Shown piece by piece: positions 43,056 to 53,000 of a stretch of DNA of 64,000 bases. Made by a program: the position numbers and the translations under genes. Source of the DNA: Candidatus Kapaibacterium sp. Lineage in GTDB: Bacteria; Bacteroidota; Ignavibacteria; Kapaibacteriales; UBA2268. The number at the start of each line of letters is the position of its first letter. Position 1 is the first letter of the stretch. The DNA lies in the NCBI GenBank assembly GCA_963664875.1, contig OY761611.1:2208001-2272000 (forward strand), given 5' to 3'. The notes beneath the pieces are model-generated. The model saw only the letters and a list, made by a program, of their open reading frames with translations, did no database searches and was not told the origin of the DNA.

Positions 43056-43189
43056 ATGCACAAAAAAAACCGCAGTATTGTAAAAATAACTGCGGTTTTA
43101 GATTCTTAGATTTTATAGTAAAATCAATAAACAGAATAATCCTATCTATACACTACAAATCTGCCATTTATAAACTTATCATTTGCCAC
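43056..43189. repeat. 134-bp perfect direct repeat copy 1: orphan copy of the last 16 codons of the FN3 gene plus its terminator
   Basis: Identical to 46047-46180; includes the hairpin aaaaccgcagt...actgcggtttt (43062-43099). Confidence 0.95.
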
Positions 43190-43209
43190 ATAGCCATTAT
43201 GATATAACC

Positions 43210-43517
43210 ATCCCACCTATTTCACTACAACAATCTTCTTCATTGCCGAAACTTCGCCGTTGTGTTTTACATTCAGGAAATATGTGCCTGCTGTAAGGTC
43301 GTCCGGCAAATTGAAACTGAGGGCGTGTTGAGTGCCTGCTGTGAGATGCTCTGAGGCAAGCGACAGCTCGAACTCTCTTCCGCTGAGGTCGCTGATTGAA
43401 TAAGAATAGTCGCCTGACTGTTGCACTTCGAATGACACGCTAAGGCTTGCGCCTAAGTAAACAGGATTAGGATTTGCCGCAAGGCTGTTTATCTTTCGCC
43501 TTAGTTCGGATATGGAG
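43210..43517. repeat. 308-bp direct repeat copy 2 (T9SS CTD-coding module)
   Basis: Matches 41444-41751 with 7 substitutions. Confidence 0.95.
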
Positions 43518-44653
43518 CTTGTGCTTTCGTATCTAATGTATGCGTTTATCCTTCCTATCATTCCGTGATTTTCATCTGCCATTACCAAATCGCTAAAACT
43601 GATTATTGTTTTCGGATCTTTTATTCCTTCGGAATCTCTAAATTTTTCTAAATACCATGTTTCGCCTTTGTCTTCTGACCTTAAAGCATTATTTACAAAC
43701 ATCATATTAAATTTGTTGCCTGTTAGACATACCTTACCCCCAACAGTTGGGTACTCACCTCGAGGCGTGTCCCAAACTGTATCTATTTGGTTGGTTTCTG
43801 TGTCAAATTTTAGCAAATGCGAATATGTAGCACAACGTAAGTATGGAGTATCCTCCCCTGGTTTATACACAGTATCCTGAAGTACATAATACTCATTCAA
43901 AAAATAAATATTGCCGTCATTATCTTTTGCAACTGACTTACACACTGTTTCATCCAATCTTACAATCGAATCCCAACTTTCTCCAGAATCAGTTGATTTA
44001 TACAATACAAAATCGGAAATATAAGGCATATTGATGTAGTTGCTTCTTCTTGTTATCTTTGCAGAACTATATATATTACCATTGATGAATATCGGTGCAG
44101 AACACCAAGGTGTAAAAACATCATCCGAGCTGTGATCAATGTTGATTTTGATATTTATCTTTTCCCAAGTATCGCCAAAATCTTCAGTATAATAAAATGC
44201 ACTATCAATTCGATTGCCTGCATAAATGACATCATTCTCAACAACTATCTCCATAGAAACGTTGGCTGTTGCAGAATCACCTACCCAGCTGTGAATCCAA
44301 CTATCTCCACCGTTTGTAGTCTTCCAGAACTCTCCATAACCTTCTAATGCAAATATTGAATCCTTGCTTTTGTAGTATAGATCATATATTTGATTTTTTC
44401 CGTTCTCGGCAATTGAATCCTCCCTGAAGAAAATAGTATCCCAGGTTTGACCGTAATCTGATGTACGTTCGATATATCTGTTTTCGAGCATACCACTTGT
44501 AGAGCGGGCTATGATAAAATTGGCTGAGTCAAGAGCAGAAACATGAATTTGAAATTCTGTCCAGTTCAAATCACTTTTTTTGGTAAATATCCACTCTCCG
44601 GAATATAAAGATGATGTAATCAATAACAAGCAAAATAGTATTGTTCTTCTCAT
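43217..44653 (-). CDS. Asp-box (BNR) repeat beta-propeller protein with T9SS C-terminal sorting domain
   Basis: RTSDYGQTW, KTTNGGDSW, TEDFGDTW, KSTDSGESW, RSEDKGETW; same CTD as the 41451 gene; start MRRTIL with AGGAGA RBS. Confidence 0.85.
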   Translation of the reverse strand: MRRTILFCLLLITSSLYSGEWIFTKKSDLNWTEFQIHVSALDSANFIIARSTSGMLENRYIERTSDYGQTWDTIFFREDSIAENGKNQIYDLYYKSKDSIFALEGYGEFWKTTNGGDSWIHSWVGDSATANVSMEIVVENDVIYAGNRIDSAFYYTEDFGDTWEKINIKINIDHSSDDVFTPWCSAPIFINGNIYSSAKITRRSNYINMPYISDFVLYKSTDSGESWDSIVRLDETVCKSVAKDNDGNIYFLNEYYVLQDTVYKPGEDTPYLRCATYSHLLKFDTETNQIDTVWDTPRGEYPTVGGKVCLTGNKFNMMFVNNALRSEDKGETWYLEKFRDSEGIKDPKTIISFSDLVMADENHGMIGRINAYIRYESTSSISELRRKINSLAANPNPVYLGASLSVSFEVQQSGDYSYSISDLSGREFELSLASEHLTAGTQHALSFNLPDDLTAGTYFLNVKHNGEVSAMKKIVVVK

Positions 44654-44681
44654 TCTGTTTTCTCCTGATATATATAGGAAA

Positions 44682-44705
44682 GGGTAGAGCAGAAAAGCTC
44701 TACCC
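44682..44705 (-). terminator. Intercistronic stem-loop
   Basis: gggtagagc-agaaaa-gctctaccc. Confidence 0.55.
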
Positions 44706-44725
44706 AATTTGATTTAATAAACTAA

Positions 44726-45775
44726 CTACTTAGTGATTGTAAGCATTATTGTATCGATTTTTGTTTCTTCTGCGTAGATAGATACCGTATAGGTTCCCGA
44801 GGAAAGATTGGAAATATCGTATGATGAAACATTTGAGTTTTGAGTAGTTTCAAATACAACATTACCTAATACATCTGTTACTATGATGTTGTAAACCTGT
44901 TTGCTGTAATCGTCGATCCTTACGGTCAAATTGTCATCAGCCGGATTTGGAGATACTTTTACAGTAGTTCCGATATTATCAGTAGTTGCCAATTTACCTG
45001 CACTTGCCTCAAAGTAAGTATTTAAATCAGCACAAGAGTATTTACAATCCAAATCAGGGCATACATCTTCTCCTGCATAGTCCACAACTACCTCTCTTAC
45101 ACCATTGTTTATGGTAATAGTATTCGGAGGATTAAATCCTTCATCGTATCCAAAATGCCAATAGGCTATGCAGCACGGAGAACCATCACACCCCATCATG
45201 GAAACATCAGAATGGAATATAATTTCTCCTGTTTCAGAATCGTAATGAAAAGGCATTTCCGGCCAATATTCATCTCCTTTTAAAGCAACTAATCTTTTAT
45301 CGATTGCAACAAAACCAATTTCTTCATTTTTTGATTTGCATGTTGCAGTACTTGCTACCCATACTTGTGCATCCATGGTGCTAGTGTTTTGTGTGAATTT
45401 TTCAATAAGCTTTATTTCCAAATATCCGAAGATATCTACAATGCCGTTCAAATCACGGAAACCACCATTGACCAAATCATAGAAATTATGAGTACATCCG
45501 GGCTGAGATTCGTTAATATCTACCCTCGTTACAGAAATGGCAGGTAAGCCATTAGGCATTGTTGCTATGTAATATTCGTACATAACATAACAGCCGCAAG
45601 GGAGTTGCATCATTTCGACTCTACGATCGCCCCATACAACTGTTTCATTCAAGATTTTGTCGCAAGGCGGTTTGCCTTCGAATCTTTCTTCTGTGTGAGC
45701 GAAAGTATTGGTAGGAATACCAAAAGAAAAAGCTAGCAAGATGCATAAAAGCATGAGCTGAATAAAATTTTTCAT
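44726..45775 (-). CDS. Cysteine-rich secreted protein of unknown function with T9SS C-terminal sorting domain
   Basis: Signal peptide; 11 Cys in the mature region; CTD VKVSPNPADD...SNLSSGTY...LTITK. Confidence 0.8.
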   Translation of the reverse strand: MKNFIQLMLLCILLAFSFGIPTNTFAHTEERFEGKPPCDKILNETVVWGDRRVEMMQLPCGCYVMYEYYIATMPNGLPAISVTRVDINESQPGCTHNFYDLVNGGFRDLNGIVDIFGYLEIKLIEKFTQNTSTMDAQVWVASTATCKSKNEEIGFVAIDKRLVALKGDEYWPEMPFHYDSETGEIIFHSDVSMMGCDGSPCCIAYWHFGYDEGFNPPNTITINNGVREVVVDYAGEDVCPDLDCKYSCADLNTYFEASAGKLATTDNIGTTVKVSPNPADDNLTVRIDDYSKQVYNIIVTDVLGNVVFETTQNSNVSSYDISNLSSGTYTVSIYAEETKIDTIMLTITK

Positions 45776-46046
45776 ACGAAAAACCTTTTTTAAATTTGTA
45801 AATATTACATTTAATTACATGGCATTTTGCAGAATGCCATGGGTGAGGATTGGCGTGTACACAATAGACCAATCCTCATTTTTTTTACGGCCATAAAAAA
45901 AATATTACAGCTAAATAAAAATCAGCTGCTATAGCGTGTACATTTATACACTAATTTGTATTCAATATATGATATTTTGTATTATTTGCAAAGTAATTTT
46001 TTAAATTATTTGAAATTTTATCAACTACTTTGCAGTTAATAAAGAT

Positions 46047-46180
46047 ATGCACAAAAAAAACCGCAGTATTGTAAAAATAACTGCGGTTTTAGATTCTTAG
46101 ATTTTATAGTAAAATCAATAAACAGAATAATCCTATCTATACACTACAAATCTGCCATTTATAAACTTATCATTTGCCAC
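46047..46180. repeat. 134-bp perfect direct repeat copy 2 (native 3' end and terminator of the FN3 gene)
   Basis: Identical to 43056-43189; terminator hairpin at 46053-46090. Confidence 0.95.
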
Positions 46181-48766
46181 GATTGTGTAAGTGTAAACAC
46201 CCGCTACCAAGTCGCTGACATTTAGGCGAATTGTTTGTGTGCCGGCGGCTAATTGCTGCATTGGAAGAGCAATAACTTTGCTGCCTGATGCATCAAAGAT
46301 ATCCACAGTAACATTAGTTAACGTGCTTAGCTCTAAGCTAATGGAAGTTTCAGTCTGAGCCGGATTAGGATAAACATTAACATCGCCACCAAATTCCTGA
46401 TAATCAGCAACAGAAGTTTCATCTTCTGTAGTAAACGAATAAACCGGAGACCAAGTAGTTTCACCAGCTTCGTTGTATGCTTTTATTCTCCAGAAATAAG
46501 TAGTATTGTAATCCAAATCCTGTAGATAAAGGTCATTAGTCCAGTAATTTTCTTTTTCGTAAACCATGTTGCCGAACTGATTATCTTTAGCTACCTGCAC
46601 ATGGTAATACAAAGCATTTGGCACTACAGCCCATTCTAAAGTAATGTCAGTAAGCATTTCAGTAGCATTGTCAGCAGGGAATACCAAAACAACATCGCCT
46701 TCTGGAGCTTTCATAATTGTTCTAAATTTCCAGGCTTCAGACCACTGAGAGTAACCTGAATCATTAAGAGCACGAACTCTCCAGTAGTATTGAGTATTGT
46801 TTTTCAAGCCGCTATATGAAGCAGTAGTGTCTGCCAAATCTTTAAGCTCAGCAGTAAGAGTAACAAAAGCGTCGCGTTCTGCGATTTGCAATTCGTAAGA
46901 GTCCGCACCTTCAGTAGTAAACCAAGTGAAAGTGATATTAGTATCCAATTTTGTTTCGCTCTTCGCCGGGTACTCTAACATAGGTTTAGCAGGACCTGCA
47001 ATAATAGTAGTGAAAGCATAAGCTTGAGACCAAGGACCATTACCTTCTGCATTGCGAGCGTAAACTCTCCACCAATATTTAGTGTTAGGAGCAAAAATAG
47101 CAGCTTGCACGCTATTGGCAGGAATGTCTCTGACTTCAGTTACAGGATTAGCAAACAAAGAGTCAGTTGCTACTTCAACAACATAAGTTTCGGCAAGCGG
47201 CACTGATGTCCATCTGAAAAGCACATTGTGAACTACATCAATAGCACCATCAGCAGGGAAAGTAAGCTCAGGAGCACCAATAGAAGTTCTAAATTTGTGA
47301 GTTTCAGTCCATTCACTTTCGCAATCGCCAAGCATTGCTTTCACGCGCCAGAAATAATTAGTATTAAAAGTGTCAAGAGCAAAAGCAAAAGAGTTATTGA
47401 TACCTGTGAGAGTGTCCAAAATCAATAAAGTATCAACGAAGTTAGAATCTTTGCTAAGTTGCAATCTGTAGTTATCGTGAGCATCAGCAAATGACCATGC
47501 AAATTCCATAATTTTGCTGATACCTGTCATATTTTGAGCAGGGAAAGTAAGCACAGGAGCCAATAAAGCACTTGTAAAGCTATGAATTTCGCTCCATTCG
47601 CCGGTGTTTTTAGCATCCATGGCTCTAACTCTCCAGAAGAACTCATAGTTTGATCTATCAAGAGGAACAACTACAAAGTTTGTATCTATATCAGCAACAT
47701 CAAAAGCGATGTGATTGACAAAATCATTTGTATATGCTATCTGAATCTGATAAGCATCTGCATTAGGAACTTCAGTCCACTCAAAAGCAGCATTGATATC
47801 AACGCAAAGAGCTTCGTGTTCCGGCATAGTAGTAGCCGGAGCTTCGTAGCGAGTCCAAAAAGCAAAAACATCAGAGTAGTCAGACCAGCATGAGTTAGTG
47901 TCGCCTTTAACTTTCCAGAAGTACTTAGTACCTTTTGCAAGTTCGGAAACAGAGTAGCTTGTGTCAGTGGTCATGAAAATCTGAGCATCGTCGAAGTTTT
48001 CTTTGTCAGCCACCATTAACTGATAATTTTGGAACTCTACATCAGCAGACCAAAGGAGATTGACATTTACATCTAAATTAGATGCGTTATTTGCAGGAGT
48101 CAAAGCAATTGGTTTTTGAGCAGCAGTTGTAACTCTGAATGTCTGAGACCAATCAGATTTGCAGTTAAGATATTCTCTTCTGACTTTCCAGAAGTAGTCT
48201 GTCAAAAAGCCACTTAAATGTCCAATATAGAAGTTAGTGTCAACTTCTTCGAAATGGATGGTATCAGTGAAGTCAACATTTGTAGAAATCCAAATTTCGT
48301 AAGTGTTGCTTGCATCTGCTTCTGTCCAAGAGAATTCTACATTCTGAGGCAGACAGGAAGTATTGTTATCCGGCAAAGTAAGCACTACCGGCTCAGTTTC
48401 AGTAGCAAAAGTGTATTCCATAGAGTACTCAGTAGTGTAATCATCAAAAGTAGTGATTACTCTCCAGAAATAATCAGTAGAAAAGTTAGGCAAATCAACT
48501 GTAACTGCGTTAGTGTCCACAGTCTGATTTGTTACGAAAGTAGAAAAATCCTGAGCAGCAGATACCTGAAGGACATAGTTCATGACCCTGTTAGAGTCTT
48601 TTACAGTCCAAGTAAATTCTGTGGAAATTTCCTGACATATTGCATTGTTAGCAGGTGATTGCAACACAGCAGCGTCGAAGGAAAACAGACTGCCTGTGCT
48701 TACAATGCTTACCAACAGAAGCAATAAGAAGTGTCTTAATAATTTGCTATTTAGCCTCATGGCCAA
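46133..48766 (-). CDS. Fibronectin type III-like repeat protein (8 repeats) with T9SS C-terminal sorting domain
   Basis: Eight ~95-aa units P.L..PA.....F.W......Y..Q.....F......Y(F/Y)WRV.A......WS....F.T; CTD VYPNPAQ...GVYTY...FVVYR. Confidence 0.88.
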   Translation of the reverse strand: MAMRLNSKLLRHFLLLLLVSIVSTGSLFSFDAAVLQSPANNAICQEISTEFTWTVKDSNRVMNYVLQVSAAQDFSTFVTNQTVDTNAVTVDLPNFSTDYFWRVITTFDDYTTEYSMEYTFATETEPVVLTLPDNNTSCLPQNVEFSWTEADASNTYEIWISTNVDFTDTIHFEEVDTNFYIGHLSGFLTDYFWKVRREYLNCKSDWSQTFRVTTAAQKPIALTPANNASNLDVNVNLLWSADVEFQNYQLMVADKENFDDAQIFMTTDTSYSVSELAKGTKYFWKVKGDTNSCWSDYSDVFAFWTRYEAPATTMPEHEALCVDINAAFEWTEVPNADAYQIQIAYTNDFVNHIAFDVADIDTNFVVVPLDRSNYEFFWRVRAMDAKNTGEWSEIHSFTSALLAPVLTFPAQNMTGISKIMEFAWSFADAHDNYRLQLSKDSNFVDTLLILDTLTGINNSFAFALDTFNTNYFWRVKAMLGDCESEWTETHKFRTSIGAPELTFPADGAIDVVHNVLFRWTSVPLAETYVVEVATDSLFANPVTEVRDIPANSVQAAIFAPNTKYWWRVYARNAEGNGPWSQAYAFTTIIAGPAKPMLEYPAKSETKLDTNITFTWFTTEGADSYELQIAERDAFVTLTAELKDLADTTASYSGLKNNTQYYWRVRALNDSGYSQWSEAWKFRTIMKAPEGDVVLVFPADNATEMLTDITLEWAVVPNALYYHVQVAKDNQFGNMVYEKENYWTNDLYLQDLDYNTTYFWRIKAYNEAGETTWSPVYSFTTEDETSVADYQEFGGDVNVYPNPAQTETSISLELSTLTNVTVDIFDASGSKVIALPMQQLAAGTQTIRLNVSDLVAGVYTYTIVANDKFINGRFVVYR

Positions 48767-49481
48767 ACTCCAAGTTGTGATTAAAACTATATATTTAGCT
48801 GTATATTACAAATTTACGGATAAATGGATAAAGTTCATTATTAATAATGTTGCATATTTGTAGCATTATTTTGTTAGTTTAGTTCTTTAATATCAAGACA
48901 TTACATGCAAAAATCATACCGATATATATTGGCGAAAAATAATATCAATATTTGCTATACCTTATAATATAAGACACATTTAGAGTAAAAAAGTTATTCT
49001 TGCACCCTGAATAGAGAGAAAGCAAAGAATTTGTCTATATTTTCCGTGATAGGCATACTATTGCACTTTGATATTTAAAACGATTTCTGCAATTAGCTAT
49101 GACCTTATCTGTCAATTTTATTACTATCAAATCCGATTAAAATAAAATATTCTGAAATTAAAACACTCAGCTGTCAGAATTGAATTCGAACATAGTTATT
49201 TTTTGCACAAAGAGAATCCTATATAGGCGATTTTTAGCAATTATAGGCTATTATAAAGTTTCTTTTATCTGTATTAACATTGAAATTACTTTAGACTAAA
49301 GTAGAAATAAAATACTTAGAGATGCGTATTAATAATAAGTGCCTTTGACTTTGGTATTTTCTTTTATATTACTGATAAATTGGTAGTCCCACTTTTCATA
49401 TAAACACAAAAGATGCGACTGCTTCAGTCTAATCTAAAATGGCAATCATTGTTATTATCAAATATTTTTGAGGGAATCGCT

Positions 49482-49988
49482 ATGAAAAAGAATGTTACAC
49501 TAATCTCCTTATTTGCATTTGTAGCTTTGCTGTTTGCTACGGCTTTAGCTCAAAAACCTGCACCGGCAAACGTTGCTGCGGCACTTACCGTAAAGATTGC
49601 GGGTTTTAACAAAAATCTCACAGGAGATATTACTATCTATGTTGTCGGCAATGATGACATAGCATCTGAGTTAAAAAAAGCAGTAGGCAAACCTCTCGGT
49701 GGTGGTACTTTAAAAAGTGTAACTACCGGTAGCGGAGCACCTTCTTCTAAACCATCTATTATTTTTATTTCTAATGCAGGTGCAGTTGGAGCTATTACAA
49801 AATACTCAAGAGCAAACAAAGTGCTTACAGTAACTAACGATCCGGGTATCGTTTCTGATGGTGCTACTCTTGGTGTAGTGGTTGGCGATGACGGCAAACC
49901 AAAAATCTTACTTAACCTAACTTCATCTGTAGAAGAAGGCGTAGATTGGAACCCTGCAATTATGAAAGTAGCTCAAACAATTAAGTAA
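49482..49988 (+). CDS. YfiR/HmsC-like (DUF4154) periplasmic protein
   Basis: Signal peptide MKKNVT...ALA; C-terminal KVLTVT.....V..GATLGV....KPKILLNL....EGVDW...IMKVA motif typical of the YfiR family; no Cys. Confidence 0.72.
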   Translation: MKKNVTLISLFAFVALLFATALAQKPAPANVAAALTVKIAGFNKNLTGDITIYVVGNDDIASELKKAVGKPLGGGTLKSVTTGSGAPSSKPSIIFISNAGAVGAITKYSRANKVLTVTNDPGIVSDGATLGVVVGDDGKPKILLNLTSSVEEGVDWNPAIMKVAQTIK

Positions 49989-50009
49989 CAGATGTGGTTG
50001 GGATTTTAT

Positions 50010-53000
50010 ATGAATACAAAATCGATTAAGTTCAAAATACTGTTGCTGATTGCAGGTATCGACATTGTTTTGTCACTGATTCTTGCGATTTATGCTCCTC
50101 AGCAGGCTGAAAGCATGGGTAACAGTATAACAAATCAGAATGCTAATTTTATTGCCGAACTTGTAGCAGAAAATGTATCTTTGGGCCTTCAGACTATGAT
50201 TATAGATGACGGTGCAGCTCTTCAGCAAACACTTGACATACTGAAGCCCAAAAGTGACAAAAGTAAAAAAGACAAAGCTAAAGAAGCGGAAACTATCTCG
50301 AATGTATATGTTTATGATGCAGATCTTGCTCTTTTAAAAGCAACTGACACTGCAGCGACTGCTAAACAAAAGAATTTTAAAAAATCAAAAAATATAGAAT
50401 TCAAACACACAGATGATTTGCTTACAGCTTGGATGCCGGTAAAAGATGCTGATGCCAATGTGCAGGGCTACGTGCAGATAGATTTCTCGTTGGATTATCT
50501 CAATCAACGCGTCTCCGAACAAAGTGCTACTTTTGCTACTATTGCTGTTATAGTATTCATCCTGACAATGATACTTGGTTACTTCTTCCTTAACACAATG
50601 GTTAAGAAGCTGGTAGTCATCACTGATGCCGCACAAAAAATTGCTGTCGGCGATGTAGATATTACTATTGATGTAGTCTCGAATGACGAAATAGGCCAGT
50701 TAGCCGAATCTTTCAAAGAAATTATTCAAAGCTTTAAAGACAAAGCCAATGTGGCTATTGAAATTGCAAACGGTAATCTTAACGTCCGTGCAAATGTGCT
50801 TTCTGAGAAGGACATTCTTGGTTCGTCCATGAATACTATGAAAGACAACATCAGCAATTTGGCCAAAGATGTCAAATCACTCGCTTTAGACGCACAAAAT
50901 GGTGTTTTAGATTCTAGAGCAGACATCAGCAAACATCAGGGCGACTTTAGAGTAATTGTAGAAGGTATGAATAACACTCTCGATTCTGTAATTAGCCCAC
51001 TAAATATGGCAGCAAATTACATTGATAGAATATCTAAGGGTGATTTGCCTGAAAAAATCAAAGATGAGTTTAAAGGTGAATTTAATACAATCAAAAACAA
51101 CCTAAATATTGCGATTGATGCAATTGGGGCTCTAATCGCCGATGCGAATATGCTTGCAGGAGCTGCAGTTAGCGGTAACCTTGGTGCCAGAGCCGACGTT
51201 ACTAAACATCAAGGCGATTTCAGAGCTATCATCGAAGGTGTCAATAATACATTAGATGCTGTTATTGCTCCATTAAATCTTACTGCTGACTACATCGACA
51301 GAATTTCTAAGGGCGATATCCCAGATAAAATTACTCAAGCATACAAAGGTGAATTTAATACCCTAATTAATAACCTCAATGTATGTATTGGCGCTATAGA
51401 CAATATGATAGAAGACACAATGTCGCTTGTTAGTGCTGCTGCAGAAGGCAAGCTCAAAAACAGAGCTCAGGCAGACAGACATCAGGGTGATTTCAGAAAA
51501 ATCATTCAGGGATTTAACGATACTTTAGATAATATTCTTACACCTGTAAATGATGCAATGGCTGCTGTAGCAAAACAGGCAAAAGGCGAATTTGCAATCA
51601 TAGACAAAGTTTACAAAGGCGACTACGAAACAATCAAACGCAATGTAAACGATGTATCAAGAGCATTTACAGCGATTACGGAGCAATTCAACAACCTTTC
51701 TGAAGCAGGCAATGCAGGCAATCTTAGTTTCCGCGGTGATGCAACAGAATTCCAGGGAGATTTCCAGAAAATAGTTGAAATAGTAAACCAAACTCTTGAT
51801 AATATCCTAACACCGCTAAATGAAGCAATGGATGCACTCGCCGAAGTTGCTCAAGGTAATTTTGTAGTTATAGACAAAGTTTATAATGGTGATTATGAAG
51901 GTATCAAGCAAAACGTAAATAATGTTTCTAATGCCATGATAGAGATGAAAGGGCAATTTAATTTGCTATCTAATGCAGGCACGAACGGTAATCTTCAATT
52001 CCGTGGCAATGCGGAGCAGTTCCATGGCGATTTCAAAGAGATAGTTCTAATTGTCAATCAAACTTTAGACAATATACTTACTCCTCTCAATGAAGCAATG
52101 AATGCTTTGGCTGAAGTTGCCCAAGGTAACTTGTTTGTTATCGAAAAGCAATATCAAGGCGATTATGAAACAATCAAGCAGAATGTAAACAACGTTTCTA
52201 AAACACTAATCGACATGACACACCAATTTGAATTGCTTGCCGATGCAGGTGACAATGGCAAATTGAGTTACCGTGGCAACGCAGACCAATTCCAGGGAGA
52301 TTTCAAAAAAATCGTTCAAATTGTTAATCAGTCATTAGATAATATCATCAATCCTTTGTATATGACAGCGGACAATCTAAACCGCATATCTAAGGGAGAT
52401 ATTCCTCCTATAATTAAAGATGACTACAAAGGTGATTTCAACGAAATTAAAGAAAGCATCAATCAGTGTATCACTGCAGTTAACAACCTTGTTGCAGATG
52501 CAAATATGCTTGCAGAGTCTGCCGTCTCCGGTAACTTAAATGTTAGGGCAGATGCCGGCAAACATCAAGGTGATTTTGCTAGAGTTATCGAAGGTGTAAA
52601 TAATACTCTTGATGCAATTGTTGATCCTATCAATGAAGCAAACGAAGTCTTAAGTGTGTTGGCAACCGGGGACTTTACTGTGCAGATGCATGGAAATTAC
52701 CGAGGTGATCACCAAAAAATCAAAGAAAATATCAACACACTTGTATTTTCTCTTTCTAAACTAATTCGACAGCTTAACGAAGCAGTAGATACAGTAAGTA
52801 ATTCGACAAATCACATTTCTACAATCACTGACACTATGGTTATTGCGGCAAACAACCAAAATAATCAGATAGAAGAAGTAGCCACTGCGATAGAGGAAAT
52901 GAGCAAAACTGTATATGACAATGCAAATGCAGCAACTCAAACTGCCTCAATGGCGCAGGACAATGGTAGCATTGCTCAAGATGGCGGCAAAATTGTAGAA

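Noticed and set aside
43181-43209. dif/pdif-like XerCD site at the cassette junction
   Set aside because: There is a weak cata...tatg dyad, but the arm sequences and spacing do not fit the 11-6-11 dif consensus; too weak to call
41444-43517. Diversity-generating retroelement TR/VR pair
   Set aside because: The 7 mismatches are not confined to adenines of one copy on either strand, both copies are coding, and no reverse transcriptase is in the window
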